Below, piece after piece: positions 1 to 14,640 of a stretch of 64,000 nucleotides of DNA (its first letter is position 1; each line of letters starts with the position of its first letter). The DNA is taken from NCBI RefSeq assembly GCF_009914755.1, contig NC_060928.1. One strand, written 5' to 3'. The translations under genes and the position numbers were made by a program. The stretch is from the human T2T-CHM13v2.0 reference genome, Homo sapiens. The notes beneath the pieces were generated by a model. It saw only the letters and a program-made list of their open reading frames with translations. It did not search any database and was not told the DNA's origin.

Positions 1-136
1 CACTCATTCATTGACACATTATGGCTGCTTTTGCATTACAGTGGTAGAGTTGAGTAGTTGCAATAGACAGCATATGATCCAGAAAACCTAAAATATTTAC
101 CATTTGGCCTTTTACAAAAAATGTTTTTTATCCCTG
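1..136 (+). mobile_element. MER58-like hAT DNA transposon fragment
   Basis: gagttgagtagttgcaatagacagcatatg...cctaaaatatttaccatttggccttttacaaaaaa resembles the MER58A end. Confidence 0.7.
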
Positions 137-159
137 CTATACAGCACTTTTTAATGCAC

Positions 160-1172
<1,013 letters not shown>

Positions 1173-1280
1173 CTGAAAGAGACACAATAGAACATTGACA
1201 AACTAGGCAGAATCTATAATGCTTTCATTTTATACCTTAGAAATATCTAAAATAATGTGAATTTTCATTTGGGAATTTAC

Positions 1281-1764
1281 GTGTTCTTTCAGTATGTTTT
1301 GATACAAGTACATGAAGTCTCCAGAGGCCCCTACAGCAATGAAGTTGAAATACAGAATGAAGGACAACAAGATTGACTGCGGATTTCTCACTCCACAATT
1401 CCCCATCCAATGAGTCCTAGAGTACTTAGAAATGGAGTAACCTTAGCAAGTTTCACGGTTAAGACCAGAGGATCCCATTGTGCAAGGTCTGATTAGGGTT
1501 CAGGTTATGCTTATGGTATAATTCCGTTACCACATGTGTCTAATACCAACTATTGACTCTAATGCTGTTCTTTAAAAGGTTAAGTCTTATCCAGGACAAA
1601 GCATGTACTGAAAAAGCATGCGGGAAATCTACTTAGAATGGTTGGCATTTGTCTCCTGGACATTACTAGGAAGGCTGCCAGTTCATTTGCCTTTAAAAAG
1701 ACAAAGACAAAATTCCTGAAAGCAAATTGGTCCATGTACTGCATTGGAATTTATTCCCTAAACT
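1281..1764 (-). pseudogene. Relic exon (484 nt)
   Basis: Acceptor tgttatcttttttatag, donor CAC|GTAAAT; one frame IPMQYMDQFAFRNFVFVFLKANELAAFLVMSRRQMPTILSRFPACFF...DLAQWDPLVLTVKLAKVTPFLSTLGLIGWGIVE*...GDFMYLYQNILKEH. Confidence 0.6.
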
Positions 1765-2215
1765 CTATAAAAAAGATAACATAAATATTATGCAATGAAT
1801 TCATGAAAAGATAATGTGTCAAATTGATGTTATTAAAATTATAATCATGTATAATTAGGAAGACATCTACTGTGTTTTAGTCACGTACTGGCTCTAGACA
1901 AAATTTAAAATCAACAGAACATAACAGCAATTATGATAATGGACATTTAATTCACCATTAGATAGATTCACAATTGAAATGAAGTAATTCCATGAACAAT
2001 TAATAAAGCATATTAACCCTTAAGCATATCAAATTCTGTACCCTCTCCCCCAGAAATACTGTTTTTTAACTTTTAGCAGTATAAAGGTATTTAGACTTTG
2101 TGGAATAAAAGTGTGCATTATTTTAGAGTATACTGTCAGAGTAGACATTACAGAAACACATTTGATATTCATTATATATACCAACTAAAATTATACTAAG
2201 AGATATTTTAATACA

Positions 2216-2589
2216 TGTATTAGTCTGCTTGGGCTGCCATAACAAAATACCATAAACTGGGTGGCTTAAATAGGAATTTCCTTTCTCACAATTCTAGAGA
2301 ATAGACATGGAAGAACAAGGTGTCAGAAGAGCAGTTTTCTGGTGAGGCTTCCCATGCTGGCTTGCAGACGATTGCCTTCTCGCTGTTTCCTCACAAGTCC
2401 TTTCCTCTGTGTGCACTGAGAGAGAGCTCTGGTGTCTCTTCCTCTTCCTATGAAAACACCAGTCCTATTGGATTAGGGTCCTACCCTTACGACCTCATTT
2501 CATCTTAATTAACTTCTAAAAGTTTATCTCCAAATGCAGTCAGGGCTTCAACGTATGAATTTGGGGGGAACACAATTCACTGTGTAAGA
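2216..2589 (-). mobile_element. MLT1A-type MaLR solo LTR
   Basis: tgtattagtctgcttgggctgccataacaaaataccataaactgggtggc...tatgaatttggggggaacacaattca. Confidence 0.85.
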
Positions 2590-2682
2590 TATGAATAAAC
2601 AGTTTCAAAATTATTACAGAAATTTAAATTTAAAATTATTACAGAAAAATACAATGTGAGCTTAGATCTTCCTGTTTTTTAC

Positions 2683-2812
2683 CCTATTAATGAGGTAGGA
2701 AAGATATGAGGTGGATTCTTTTATACCACAGGTGGTCCTTTGGAATACTCTGGAAATAATAACAATCTAAAGTGATACTCCTTAATTGCAAAATAATTTC
2801 ACCAATAGCTTC
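2683..2812 (-). pseudogene. Relic exon (130 nt) between two MLT1 LTRs
   Basis: Acceptor ctgctctctattag, donor AGG|GTAAAA; EAIGEIILQLRSITLDCYYFQSIPKDHLWYKRIHLISFLPH; phase-1 exit matches the next exon. Confidence 0.55.
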
Positions 2813-2836
2813 CTAATAGAGAGCAGTCAATGCATC

Positions 2837-3203
2837 TGTCTTACCCCGTTCAGGATGCTGTAACAAAATATCATAGACTGATGTTTTGTAAGCAATAGAA
2901 ATGTATCTATCATGGTTCTGAAGCCTGGGGAGTTCAAGATCAAGGCACCAGCAGATTTAATGCCTGGTGAGGACCTGCTTCCTGACTCATAGATGGCTCT
3001 TCAGTGTGTCGTCACATGGTGGAAGACATAAGGCAGCTCTCTAGGGCCTCTTTTGTAAAGGCACTAATTCCATTCATAAGGATCCACCTGTTGTGAGGTG
3101 ACCTAATCACCTCCCAAAGGCCCCACCCCTTAGTAACATTACATTGGTGATTAAATTTCAGCATATAAATTTTGGGTGGTCACAAACATTCAGAATGTAA
3201 TAG
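2837..3203 (-). mobile_element. MLT1A/MSTD-type MaLR solo LTR
   Basis: tgctgtaacaaaatatcatagactg...aagatcaaggcaccagcagatt...acctaatcacctcccaaaggccccac. Confidence 0.85.
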
Positions 3204-3294
3204 TACTCTTGGAACACACATTGTACATTATATATATCTATATACATTATATATATATATATACACACACACATTTTATATATATATATAATAT

Positions 3295-3812
3295 ATTTCC
3301 ATAGTAATCTTGCTCTAAAAATATAGTGTAATGAATAAAATTAAATATCTGAGTTCCCTTTCATTGAGATGTCCAACAACCTTCCTTAATCTTTGATATT
3401 CTTATTATTTTTAAATTTGAATACTTTCATCCAAAGTCCAATAGCAATTAAGTAACAACACTTGAGTCTAGATCTTTTAGAATACTTTTTTTTTCCTAAT
3501 TCCTTGCTGCACAGGATAAGAATGTTATGCAATTTATGATTCCACATAACATTTTTTGTTGTTATTGTTTTTTATGACTTAAAATCTGAAAGGAAAAAAT
3601 AGTCTGGGTAATTCGTTGCTGGGTGATGTTTACTTGCTTTCATGTTTTGGATTTGGAAAAGCACCTTTGGTTTATATGAAGAATGACTGAACATCTTAAA
3701 GAGCTCAAGTGTGGGGAAAGGGATAAACAGCTGGGCAAGTAGAGAACTGGAGCCATGTGAATTAGCATTTGCCTTCTGAGGATGCACCTACTAGCAGAAG
3801 GCAATGAGATAC
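3295..3812 (-). pseudogene. Two possible relic exons (about 3634-3812 and 3295-3507)
   Basis: Overlap ORFs 3572..3787 and 3640..3864; second block SILKDLDSSVVT*LLLDFG*KYSNLKIIRISKIKEGCW... follows acceptor ttcttatcctgtgcag. Confidence 0.4.
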
Positions 3813-3884
3813 TGGTTATTAAACAATATAATGATATTAATTGCCATGAGTCATCAAGTGACAATTTCTAGATAACAGCCAGTG

Positions 3885-4080
3885 GTGCTTTTCACAAACT
3901 TTATCTCATTTCATCTCTATAACTCTATACATAGATACCAGAATTTTCCTTCATTACACTTGTGAGAAAACTGAAGCCCAGAGAGGTTAATAAGCTTAAC
4001 CAGGGTTATACAGTAAGTATCCAGTTCAGAATTCATACTTAGGACAGCTCTCTATACCCATGTATGCTCCCTTTTTGCTA
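3885..4080 (-). mobile_element. MIR
   Basis: Core gagaaaactgaagcccagagaggttaa. Confidence 0.7.
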
Positions 4081-5369
4081 CAATTCCCACTCTTCTGCCT
4101 TACAAAAAAGTATGTTTTAGTAACTTCAGCTTACAGAATACTTTGTTTCTAAATAGTATTAAAATAGTAAGTCAAGGGATATTTTTCTTCAAATGGTGTG
4201 AATGTAAGAAAATTACATAAATAATGAGGACAATGAATAGCACAAGCTATGAGAACACTTGGTGGAATGTGGTTGCCTATAGGAGAGTGTATGACTGATG
4301 TGTGAGTGTGAGTGATGTGTGTGATACTTTATCTTGAGCCAACCTCTCCTCATGCACTAGTCTGAATCCTGGTTCTTTGCCCTTCTTTATGTTTTCTAAT
4401 CACCTTGGAATTTTTATTCTCCCTTTAATCTATCCAATCGCATCAACTTTTAAGAAACAATTACAGTCTAATTTCTTCTAGGGCACTTTTGCCACATATT
4501 TGAACCAAATAATAGCATTTTGTTTATGGTCTCTACCCAGATCTTAGCTCTTGATAATAAACTGTATGGTATTTTTATCTATTTACTTATCTAAACTGTA
4601 AACAGCTTTGGTCTCTCGACAGTAAGCTTTCAATGCATAGCAAATGCTAGAAATAAGTCAGTTATTTGATGAATAAGTCGTCATATCAAATATGCCTTTT
4701 AAATTATGTATATGTTAATTAGTTTATTTGTTAGAGCAAGGAATCCAGGGTATGCACATAATCCTGCCAAACCAGTACGTTTTGCACAAAACTAAATTCT
4801 GTTCCAACTCTGGATACTATTCCCAAACTCCAGACACCAATTTCAGACTGGGGAATATGGATGCCTCACTCACTGAAGCAGAGTTTAATTGAATAAGACA
4901 GAGAATAACTTCCCTGTCTTGGGTTCCACATAAGGCACTGCTGCTATAGAGATTAATCAGATGCAGTCTTTCCTTTAATGAATTCAGTCCTACAGTAGAA
5001 GAGACAGATTTGTAGAGACAGATAAACTATTCAGAGAGTTTAATGTTTTATTGGGACCTGGAAAGAAACAGCTACGTCACTGTTTTCTGTGTCACAGAAA
5101 AGCTGTCTAGTTGGACATCTAGAGGTCTCATAGAGACATATCAGCTAGGTAAACAAGACCAATAAACTTCTTATCTGGCTGTCTCAGAAATTTGATATAG
5201 ACAAGTCAGAAAAAAGAACCCTTAGTCTTAGGGACAGAAGTCCACCAAGGATGTCCTTGTTATGAGTATGTTAATTTACAAGTAAAACAAAGTGATCATA
5301 TCTGTGACCCACTCATTCCCTCCAGATTTGTGGCAAGTATTGAATCAGAGTGATTTGCTCTGTGATTAC

Positions 5370-5560
5370 CATTATTCACCTTTGGAAAACTAACCACTTT
5401 ATGTCTTAATTCACAATTCTGTAAAATAGTGATAATGATAATACCTACCCCTAGGATTGTTGTGTGATAATTGAATGAGTTATTTGAATGAGTTAATTGA
5501 AACTGTATAATGCTTACACAGTTTCTTGCACATTGTATGCACAATGATAACATAATATTA
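5370..5560 (+). mobile_element. MIR
   Basis: tctgtaaaatagtgataatgataatacctacccctaggattgttgtg. Confidence 0.7.
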
Positions 5561-5848
5561 TTTAAACATTTAATAATATGGTTTGTAACAGCTTAATGTA
5601 TACAATACCATGGTAGAGTTGTAGCAGTCAAGAAATCTGAGCTGGTGAATGTATTTTTCATTCATTTAATTATTTCTCAATATCTATTGAGCACCTAACA
5701 TAAGTCATTCTTTTGCTTGGTGCTGGTAATATAGTAATAAATCAGTCAAATCGACGTTTTCCCCTAACAATGCTTAAATTATAATAAGAAATGTATCAAA
5801 TAACTATGATAATATATGACGGCTGTTATCGCTTGGAGTCGGGTGGGT

Positions 5849-6406
5849 TGTGATGGTTAATTGTATGTGTCAATGCAACTGAGCTGTGCAGTAACCAGCT
5901 GTCTGGTCAAACATTCTGGGTGTTTCTGAGAGGGAATTTTTGCATGACATTAACATTTAAATCAGTAGACTAAATAAAGCAGTTTGCCCTTCCTAGTATG
6001 GATGGACCTCAAACAGTCAGTTGAAGAGCTAATAGAGCAAAAAGGTTGAACTCCCCCTGAGTAAGAAACAATTTCTCCTGCCTGATATCCTTTATACCAG
6101 GACACTGGCTTTTTTTCTGCCTTTGAACTTGAACGGCAACATAAGCTCTTCCTGGTTCTCAGTGTGCTCGCCTTTGGATGAAAACTACACAATTGGCTCT
6201 CCTAATACTGAGGCCTTTGAACTTTGATGAGAACTAAGCCTTCAACTTTCCTGGATCTCCCACTTGCTGGCTCACCCTGCTGATCTTGGGACTTGCCTAC
6301 TTCCATAATCACGTGAGCCAATTCCTTGTAATGAATTTCTTTATACATATGTTTAGTTTATACACACACATCCTATTGGCTCTGTTACTCTGGAGAAACC
6401 TGGCTA
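5849..6406 (+). mobile_element. MLT2 (ERVL) solo LTR
   Basis: tgtgatggttaattgtatgtgtcaa...tcctattggctctgttactctggagaaacctg. Confidence 0.85.
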
Positions 6407-6596
6407 GGGAGCACTTACTTCCTATTTCTAATATTTCCTTCCCTGTGGAGGGAGCTTAACCTGGATTTTCCATGAACAAAAGCTGGATTGTTCCTGTCTT
6501 CTCACTCACTTGTCTCCTAGGGAGGAGGAGTACATTTTCTTAGAGGTTAGTTTAGAATAAGAAAATTGGGTATGCATAACCCCCAATTCCTACTTA

Positions 6597-6820
6597 TTCT
6601 CCCCCATTTGCTCTCCTCTGCCATGCATTGGGACAAGACTGCTCAAGCATCCATCACTCTGTGTAACTATTGATAGCCCCAATTTTGCAGTTCAGGATAG
6701 AAAGTCCATTTACTAGCAAATATAAGCTACATTCTCCAAAATTCACTTTATTAGTAATGGGGGTGGTACTTTTGCCTCCACCTGCTATAATCTTTTATCT
6801 AATTCTCATTTGATTCAGAA
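6597..6820 (-). pseudogene. Possible relic exon
   Basis: Pyrimidine tract+GAG; VLNQMRIR*KIIAGGGKSTTPITNKVNFGECSLYLLVNGLSILNCKIGAINSYTE*; donor appears decayed to ATAAGT. Confidence 0.35.
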
Positions 6821-7249
6821 CTCAAGTGGGGAAGTAGAGATTTAATTGTTGGATAACCTGAACCTCAAATAGCTATAATGCAGAAAACACACATATGAGG
6901 GATTTAATCTAGAGAGACAGGAAAAGCCTACTGAAGGAAATGATGCTTGGATATAAGCTGACCACTAAAAGAGAGAGGAGGGGAGTCCAGGACACAGTGG
7001 CTCTTCCTCTCCTGTTTCTGGATGAGCACTGCTTATGGCGCTTTTTACTTCCCATTATCTTTGTTGACAAATGTTCGTTTTAGACTCTATTAATTACATT
7101 TGACTCTTCAAGGTCTTTAGACATATTGGAATAGTCAGTTTTTATCTTAAGTTACAGCCTCACTTTTTGTTAGAGAAAAGCTTTCAGTAATCCATTTAAA
7201 TTATTGCCCTTTTGCAAGTTAATTTTCCATGATTATTATTAATATTAAT

Positions 7250-7490
7250 AGCTATCAATTATAGATTACTTACTATCTGTCAAAGAGCATGGAAAGAATT
7301 TTGTATACATGATCTCATTTGATACTTATAAAACTGTAATTTGAATAGTGTTACTATCTGCATAGTCAAATGAAGAAATTAATGCTTAGGAGACCAAGTG
7401 ACATATCCTTAGGTCACATAGTTAGTAAGCAGCACAGCCTGGGTGGAAACCACTTGCATTATTTTAACTCCAGTGTCTATACTCCTAAAA
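7250..7490 (-). mobile_element. MIR
   Basis: atgaagaaattaatgcttaggagaccaagtgacatatccttaggtcacatagttagtaag. Confidence 0.65.
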
Positions 7491-7541
7491 AGTATAGTTT
7501 ACTTTCTTAAAAGCTAATGTTATTTCTAAGTATTGGATTAC

Positions 7542-7709
7542 CCATTTTCAACTTTAATTATAGCAAAACCATGTGAACAAGCTTCTATAGGACATCAGCA
7601 AGAAAAAGGCACTGTAGTGCATCCAATTCCTTACACTGACAAACTGGTTAAATTATCAGACCCTTTGATGTAGAATAAAATTTGTGTGGTCTTTGTGTGG
7701 AGAAAATGT

Positions 7710-7771
<62 letters not shown>

Positions 7772-7953
7772 TATATATATATATGTATTTTCTTTTTAAT
7801 TCACTAAAACCCAAACATAATTACCTTTAATGAGGTATTGCATAATTTAGGAAATATATTTGCACAAATGTCAGCATACAATTTGATGCTTAAATCAATA
7901 TACTCCTTCCTGGGACTTCCTCATGAACAATTTTTGAAGTGCAGAAATATATG
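7542..7953 (-). pseudogene. Two possible relic exons (7825-7953 and 7542-7690)
   Basis: Donors AAG|GTAATT and TGG|GTAATC; EYIDLSIKLYADICANIFPKLCNTSLK joins TTQILFYIKGSDNL in phase 0. Confidence 0.45.
7710..7786. repeat. Compound (TA)n(TG)n(TA)n microsatellite
   Basis: Seen directly. Confidence 0.95.
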
Positions 7954-8059
7954 CTTGGAATTAATTAAGTTTGATTCAACAAAAATTTACTAAGCATTAG
8001 CAATGTGCAACGTATTGTGCCAGAAACAATGGAGAATACAAATTCAATCTTCAAGGATA

Positions 8060-8512
8060 TCACAATGTCTTATATTGTGATTTCTTATTCTCATTTCTAT
8101 TCACAGAAGTTATTTTATTATTTCCTAAGTGATCTTCCTGTTTTCCTTCCTCCATTTGTTTTGCTGCCCAGTATAAATGAGAGATGAGATCCTTCATAAA
8201 CCATATTTTTATTGCCTTGCACCATGGCAAAGAGAAATGGCAGGTGAATAAGAATTTTCTGTTTTGAACTAAAATTTTAATAGCACCTAGAACACTGTCA
8301 TCATAAAAAATAATTGATCGTGGTATTGATGCCAGCATTTATTTCCTTGGTACTTTATTTGACAGGAAGAGCATTATAATGAATGAGATGCTCTAGCCAT
8401 TCTAAATATCATTAATGGCTGGCAAATATTCCCCTATATTCTAAAACCTTTCTGAGATATGCACAGCTCTCTCTCCAAATTAACAGTGTCTACATGACAC
8501 TTGGTGTACCAC
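8060..8512 (-). pseudogene. Relic exon containing ORF 8060..8338; 3' boundary uncertain
   Basis: Acceptor ttttttctattctttctgcccttggggaacag; ...FYDDSVLGAIKILVQNRKFLFTCHFSLPWCKAIKIWFMKDLISHLYWAAKQMEEGKQED. Confidence 0.55.
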
Positions 8513-9117
8513 CTGTTCCCCAAGGGCAGAAAGAATAGAAAAAAATCAGTCATCAGGAAAAAAAGCAAGCTTTGGAAAAAAAGTATTCCAGAATAAAACA
8601 GGATTTGTGAAAATGTATCTCCCCTCTAATACCCACTTCTTTTTACAGAGGCAACTTTAGTGTGAGTTTCTAGAATGTAGACTAGAAATTTGCCTTATGC
8701 TTCTTAGTATATCAGATTATACTCAAGGTGTATACCCTATAGACATTAAATGAAAATTGTTTGGTACAATGATTGACTCTGTGTGCCCTTATTATAGCCT
8801 CAATCTCCCATGTTTCAATATATACTGATAAGATGTTAATTACAAATAAAAAAACAACACTTTTGGGGAAGGTATGCAGAAAATGAGGAGTAAGGAGATT
8901 TAAGAAAGTCTTTTTACCAGCACAATGAATCTAGATTGCGGAGAGAAAAATAAAGAATGGCTTTCTGCATCAGCTTGTCATTCTGTAATTACAACAATCA
9001 CTTTCAAGAACTGTCTGGATATTAAAGTGGTAAAACTAAAATCAATCTAATTATCCACAGTGAACTTTCCTTCCATCAATTTCCATTACAGGGGAAACAA
9101 AATTGGCCATTACTTAC

Positions 9118-9185
9118 CACTTCAATATTAATGCTGCCTTCAGCCCCTCTGAGAGGTACTTAGACGCACACCATTTGTTAGAAAT
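9118..9185 (-). pseudogene. Relic exon (may extend to about 8918)
   Basis: Acceptor cactttcag, donor GTG|GTAAGT; open ISNKWCASKYLSEGLKAALILK. Confidence 0.55.
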
Positions 9186-9768
9186 CTGAAAGTGATTCTT
9201 TTGACTATTAGCACATGCATAGCAAGAGAGATGAGACAGAGAGAAATTACTAGCTCATTTTTTTTTCTTTCAACAAAGAGGCACTAGGCTCAGCCTTGTG
9301 ACTATAAACACACATAAGATGATTAGTCTTATTGAAAGAATTCAGAGTCTGGTTAGGGAGAAATACACATAGATAATAATGAAACAATGTGGTAAATGCA
9401 ATGATTGAGAGATTTACATAGTAATGAGTGGGAGTAACTAGCCAAGTCAGAATGTTTGTAAAAGATAGGGAGAGGGATATTAGTCAGGGATATAACTGAG
9501 ATGTTTCTTGGGAGAAATTGGAATGACAAAGATAGCATTTCCTCTAAAAGTAAAGTCCTGAGCAAAATCATGGAGGCGAGACAGACTAAGGGGTGAATAT
9601 GGAGCTATAAGCAGTTTGCATTCTGTAACCTGGTAAACCAGGCAGAGACTGCCAGGCTGAAAAAAGCAATGAGGCAATGAGGTATACTTTGTGTTCCATT
9701 TTAAAGAAAAAATTTTTTCCTAATAAGATATTAAAGAATCGAAATGTTTACAAGCATTGGAGCTACAC

Positions 9769-10298
9769 TGTTAAGATCTGTGTGCTCATTGTTCCACTGC
9801 CCTTCCAGATCCATTCTTCACCCATCTCAACTCTGTGCTCTGCCCTGGAAGAGTGACCTGTACAGACTACATCGCGGGTTCTCATGCCTTCTGATTTCCA
9901 GTTGGGTTTGGGCAATGGGAATCCTAGTTGGAAGATCAGAATGAGGTCGGGAGTGAGGTCAGAGTATTTATCTGGCTTCCACCCAGCTTAAGAGGGCATC
10001 AAACACACCAGCTCAAGAGGGCATCTTGAGTTGGTGCATTTCTTGATTATTCAAATATCTTTGCTTCTTTCAAAGCAGTCAGCCGTACCCATTTAATTTT
10101 CCCATATTCCAGTAATCAATTTCCTCACCTCATCCCATAAAGCCAAGAGGTCATAATACCTTGGTCGGACTATCACACTGTCTGTTGCGGTTGCCCTACA
10201 TGCAAACCTCTGGAAATTGTCTCTGTATGAAAAAAGCTTCCATGAATTGTCCTACTTTAAAATGCTCATTGTTTCCTGTTGGAACCTGAACTGATATA
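9769..10298 (-). mobile_element. LTR33-like ERVL LTR inserted among L2 fragments (about 9340-10770)
   Basis: ccagatccattcttcaccc...ctctgccctggaagagtgacctgtacagactacatc...gtttcctgttggaacctgaactgata. Confidence 0.7.
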
Positions 10299-10774
10299 TG
10301 TTGCATATAGATAAACCAAACTAGAGGCTGTAATGAGAGTGCTTTAAAAAAAAAGAGAGAAGAGATGGCCCAGCAAAGACATCCATATTACTGGATCAAT
10401 GATACTGGAGGCTGAGAAGTGAAAAAATGAATAAGTGCTTGAAGGTAAAATCAGTTGAATGTATTAATTGGCTGGGAAGAGAGGCAAAGGAGAGGGGAAA
10501 GTCAAGAATTATTTCCAGTTTTCTAATTTTCAAGTTTTTAATTCCAGTAACTAGATGGATTATAGTGCTAATAGAGACTAAAGATGGAAGGAGAAATTTA
10601 TGGGGAAAGATAATAAGTTTATTTCCATAAAATTTTGACTTTGAGATGTCTAGACCTGCTGGACATGTGAAAATAGAAATCAGGATGGAAAACAATACTT
10701 TTGAAAGTTGTCAGCATATCAGCAGGTGGGATTTAAACCATGAGAGGACCCTGGAAAAGCCAACATTTAAAGAA

Positions 10775-10956
10775 ACAGTTCTCAAATTTGAAGGCTTGTA
10801 GGTTCTACCCAGAATGTGTGTAAAAACGCACTGTCCAAGATCTTTAATCTATGACTCTGATTTAGTAGGTAGAGTGGTGAGTTTAGAGTTTTTACACTCT
10901 GAACATATATCCCAAGTAATTCTGATTACATAGTTTGCAGACCACACTTACAGAAA
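10775..10956. mobile_element. MER5-like DNA transposon
   Basis: cagttctcaaattt...gactctgatttagtaggt...cccaagtaattctgat...gaccacactt. Confidence 0.6.
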
Positions 10957-11009
10957 TATTAATTTAAGGGTGGAGAAAGGAAGAAATGCTCATAAAAGAG
11001 AGAAAACAA

Positions 11010-12710
11010 TGCAATATCAAGAAAACATACAAAACTCCTAAAACTCAACAACAAAAATAAAACAACTTGATTTAAAAGTGGGCGAAGGGCTTGAATAGAC
11101 CTTCTCCAAAGAAGAAGATACATGAATGGCCAGGACAATAAGTACATGAAAAGATAATTAACATCAATAATCATTAGAAAAATGCAAATCAAAACCACAA
11201 GGAAATATTATTGCATCTTTTGGGATGATTACTATCAGAAACACCAAAAATAAGTACTGGCAAAGATGTGGAAAAATTGGAATCCTTGAGCAATGTTGGT
11301 GGGAATGTAAAATGATACAACCACTGTGGAAGCTGCATGGTAGTTCCTCAAAAAATAAAAAAAATTACCCTATGATCCAGCAATTCCACTCTTGAATATA
11401 TGCCCAGAAGAATTGAAGGGTCTTTAACAGATAGTTATACACTAACATTTATAGCAACATTATTCACAATAGCTAAACTGTATGCAATTATAAAGGTAAC
11501 ATCTGAAACAAAAATATAAAACTTCCTAAATATAAAAATATTTTTAAAAATAGCAAAGAAAACACATTATTTAAAGAAACACAGAAAATATAAAATAATA
11601 CATATAGCAATTATGACAGTTAAATTTAAAAATATTAGTCATACCAATAAATGAGAATAGATTTAACTTACAGAGTTAATGAAAAATATCTCTATTTGGT
11701 TCACAAAGCAATTATCCCTTATATGTTGTGTATAAGAGACACACCTAAAATGAAGTGATTCAAAGAGGCTGAAAATAAAGTAAAAATCAAAGTTATACCA
11801 GTCAAATGGAAACAATAAGAAAACCAGGGTTGTAATATTTATATCACGTAAGTCAAATTAGAAGCCAGAAAGCTTGAAAAGGAACCTGAAAAAGAAAGAC
11901 GCTTTTTAACGTGAAAGCTACAATTCATAATAAATACATGATAGACTCTAATATCTATGTACAAAATAATATGGCAATCATCTTTGAAAGCAGAAACTAC
12001 AAGAGAGTAAAGGAGATAGAGAGAAAAGCTTATTGTAAGAGATTTTAAATTCTAATTTCAGTAAAAGACCAAGTGGGTCAAAAATAATTAAAGATATGGG
12101 TATTAATAACATAATCAATAAGGTATATTTTATTAGTATATATTGAAATTTATACACTGCTTTTGATTGTTTTTTGTTTGAGACAGGGTCTCACTCTGTC
12201 ACCCAGGCTGGAGTGCAGTGGCACAATCTCGGCTCACTACAGCCTTGACCTCCAGGCCTCAAATGATCCTCCCCTTTCAGCCTCCTGAGTAGCTGGGACT
12301 ACGGGTGCATGCCACCACACCGGGCTCGTTTTTTTTCTTGCAAACACAAAGTCACACTGTGTTGCCCTCTAGTAATAAAGAGCATAACTTTATCTTAAGA
12401 CCTTAAGAAATAGTCACAAAATCAATCTTAGATTGTAAAGAAAGCATTGATAAGTTGCATAAAGTATAAAGTAGAATTGCTACAAACAGCACTTTCTGAA
12501 TAAAATAAGAAAAAACTAAAAATTAATAACAAAAAGCCAAGATTTTCCACTAGGGTTTTTTTTAAATAAATTACTATTAAGATTTAAATTATATAAGTTC
12601 TTTAAAATCATGATATAGAAACTTTACAAGTTAAAAGCAAATATAGGAGAAAAATTCAGAACCATAAATATTTATATCAATAAAAATGAAGGAATGAAAA
12701 TAAATTAAAA
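11010..12710 (+). mobile_element. Old L1M fragments (3' ORF2 region, then endonuclease region)
   Basis: gaaaatgcaaatcaaaaccacaa, tatgatccagcaattccact and diverged ORF2-like A-rich sequence. Confidence 0.7.
12161..12366 (-). mobile_element. Truncated AluJ
   Basis: gagacagggtctcactctgtcacccaggctggagtgcagtggc...cagccttgacctcc. Confidence 0.85.
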
Positions 12711-13363
12711 TGCAGACAATAATGCATATCCTGTAGGTTTATGGAAAGTATTCAACAGCATAATGTATGTAAAATACTGGGTATATGTTTGGCATGCTGT
12801 AATAGTGAATAAACATTATTTGTCTAATGATGCTCTGCAATCTTCTGAACATGTCCATCACAATGATTACTGAAAGACATTCTTATGCTCCCTCTAGTCT
12901 ATCTCATTCTTCTACATTACTGAAGACCAAAGCCATCCAATCAAAGGCCTTTCCCTGTATCGTCTCTTATCTCCAGGTTATTTTCATCATATCTTTCTCT
13001 CTATATCCAGATTTCTGTGTCCCATTTCTGTAGATTTCAGAGGAACAGGCACCCCTCCTCATGTCTGAGGCTAAATTCTTCACCTTCCTGCCTCATAATG
13101 AACTTTGCTTAGGACTATGATTCTGTTTTGATTCTTCAGCATCTTCTTCTCCAGTGGTTCCTTCATCTCAGTCTACAAATATGCTTTATCAAAAATAAAG
13201 CAAAATTTACTTCAACCTAGCTTGTTTCTCAAACTCTTTTTAAAACCCTTCTTATTTAGCACCTTCATAAAATAGTAGTTGATGCTCAGTGCTTGTACTC
13301 TTGGTGGATTCACTCTTAAAACTCTTGCTTCCTCTTTTCTGTCCCTACCAATCTATTAAAACT

Positions 13364-13625
13364 ATTTTTTATTGATACAAAACATTTTACATATTTATGG
13401 AGCACACGCGAGTGATTTGTTACATGCACAGAATGTATAATAATCAAGTCAGGGTATGTGAGGTCTCTATCACCCTGAGTATTTATTGTTTCTATGTGCT
13501 GGTAACATTTCAAGTCCTCTCTTCTAGCTACTTTAAAATATACAGTACAATCTTGCTAAGTATAGTTATCGTACTCTGTTATTGAATACTGGGGCTTATT
13601 TGTTCTATCCAACTGTATGTTTGAT
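13364..13625 (-). mobile_element. L1MA 3' end, within L2 fragments (about 12840-14640)
   Basis: ttttacatatttatgg...tgttacatgcacagaatgtataataatcaagtcagggta. Confidence 0.75.
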
Positions 13626-14640
13626 AAATCACCTGCAAATCACCAACACGATTTATTCTTAAACTTGATTTTACTTGACATCTCAGTCGGAGTTGACACA
13701 GCAAATATCCCTTCTTATTGAGAACTTCCCTTTCTTCATCTTTCATTTCATAATACTGACTTAGTTATTCTCTTCCTTTTCTGCTGTCACTTTCTCTGCC
13801 TCTTTGCTTCCCCAAGGTTTCCTTTTAATTCTCTCCTTCTCTCTTCCTTTCATGATGTTTTCACTTTCTGAGTATGCCCCTGACTCAATTCTTCATTATC
13901 TCTCACATCTGCTCACTTACAAAATACTTCTGTTTTTTTAAACAAGTTTCACATCTGTCCTTTTCTTTGTTTCCATTGTCAACATTTTAGTACATGTATG
14001 TACTGTGACAACAGTCTCCTAACTTTTGTTCCATCTTGCATCAATGACAATTTTTGTCCTATTAATACATTTTAATTATATTATTTTTCTGTTCTTGAAT
14101 CATTAATGGATTCTTACTGCTTCCAAAACATAAATTATAAATTCTATATTTTGGCATTTACAACACCTTATAATCTTGAGGAAATTTAACTTTTGAAATT
14201 CTCATTACTCCCTCAACATATGCTATGTTTCAACCCAATTAGACAACTTGCCATTCTTCATAACAAGCCTGGTGCTTTCCTCTTTGATATCTTTCCAGTT
14301 CTAATTTCTACCTTAGATCTCTCTTACACCACATGATACACGTAACAACTTTCTTTGCTACTTGTTATTGAAAAACCGAAGTCAAATGCCACCTTCTCCT
14401 CAAAATGACCTGATGACTTTAGACAAAGGATTTTTCCTCTTCTGGATTCTTAAGAGTTACTTCTTATGCCATATTTACTTTTTTACATACATTTCTTATG
14501 TTTCTATGGATCTGAAAGATCACCTGGTACACAGAAATGTATTCCTTTTCATACAACCCTTTATATTAATATATCCATTAGGTCCAAGCACAATGATATA
14601 CACAGCATAGACATTATGAAATACTGATTGAATGACTCAC

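Noticed and set aside
8060-8338. ORF stop at 8060 as the true end of the relic gene
   Set aside because: The stop abuts an L2 fragment, and further exon-like blocks continue down to about 160
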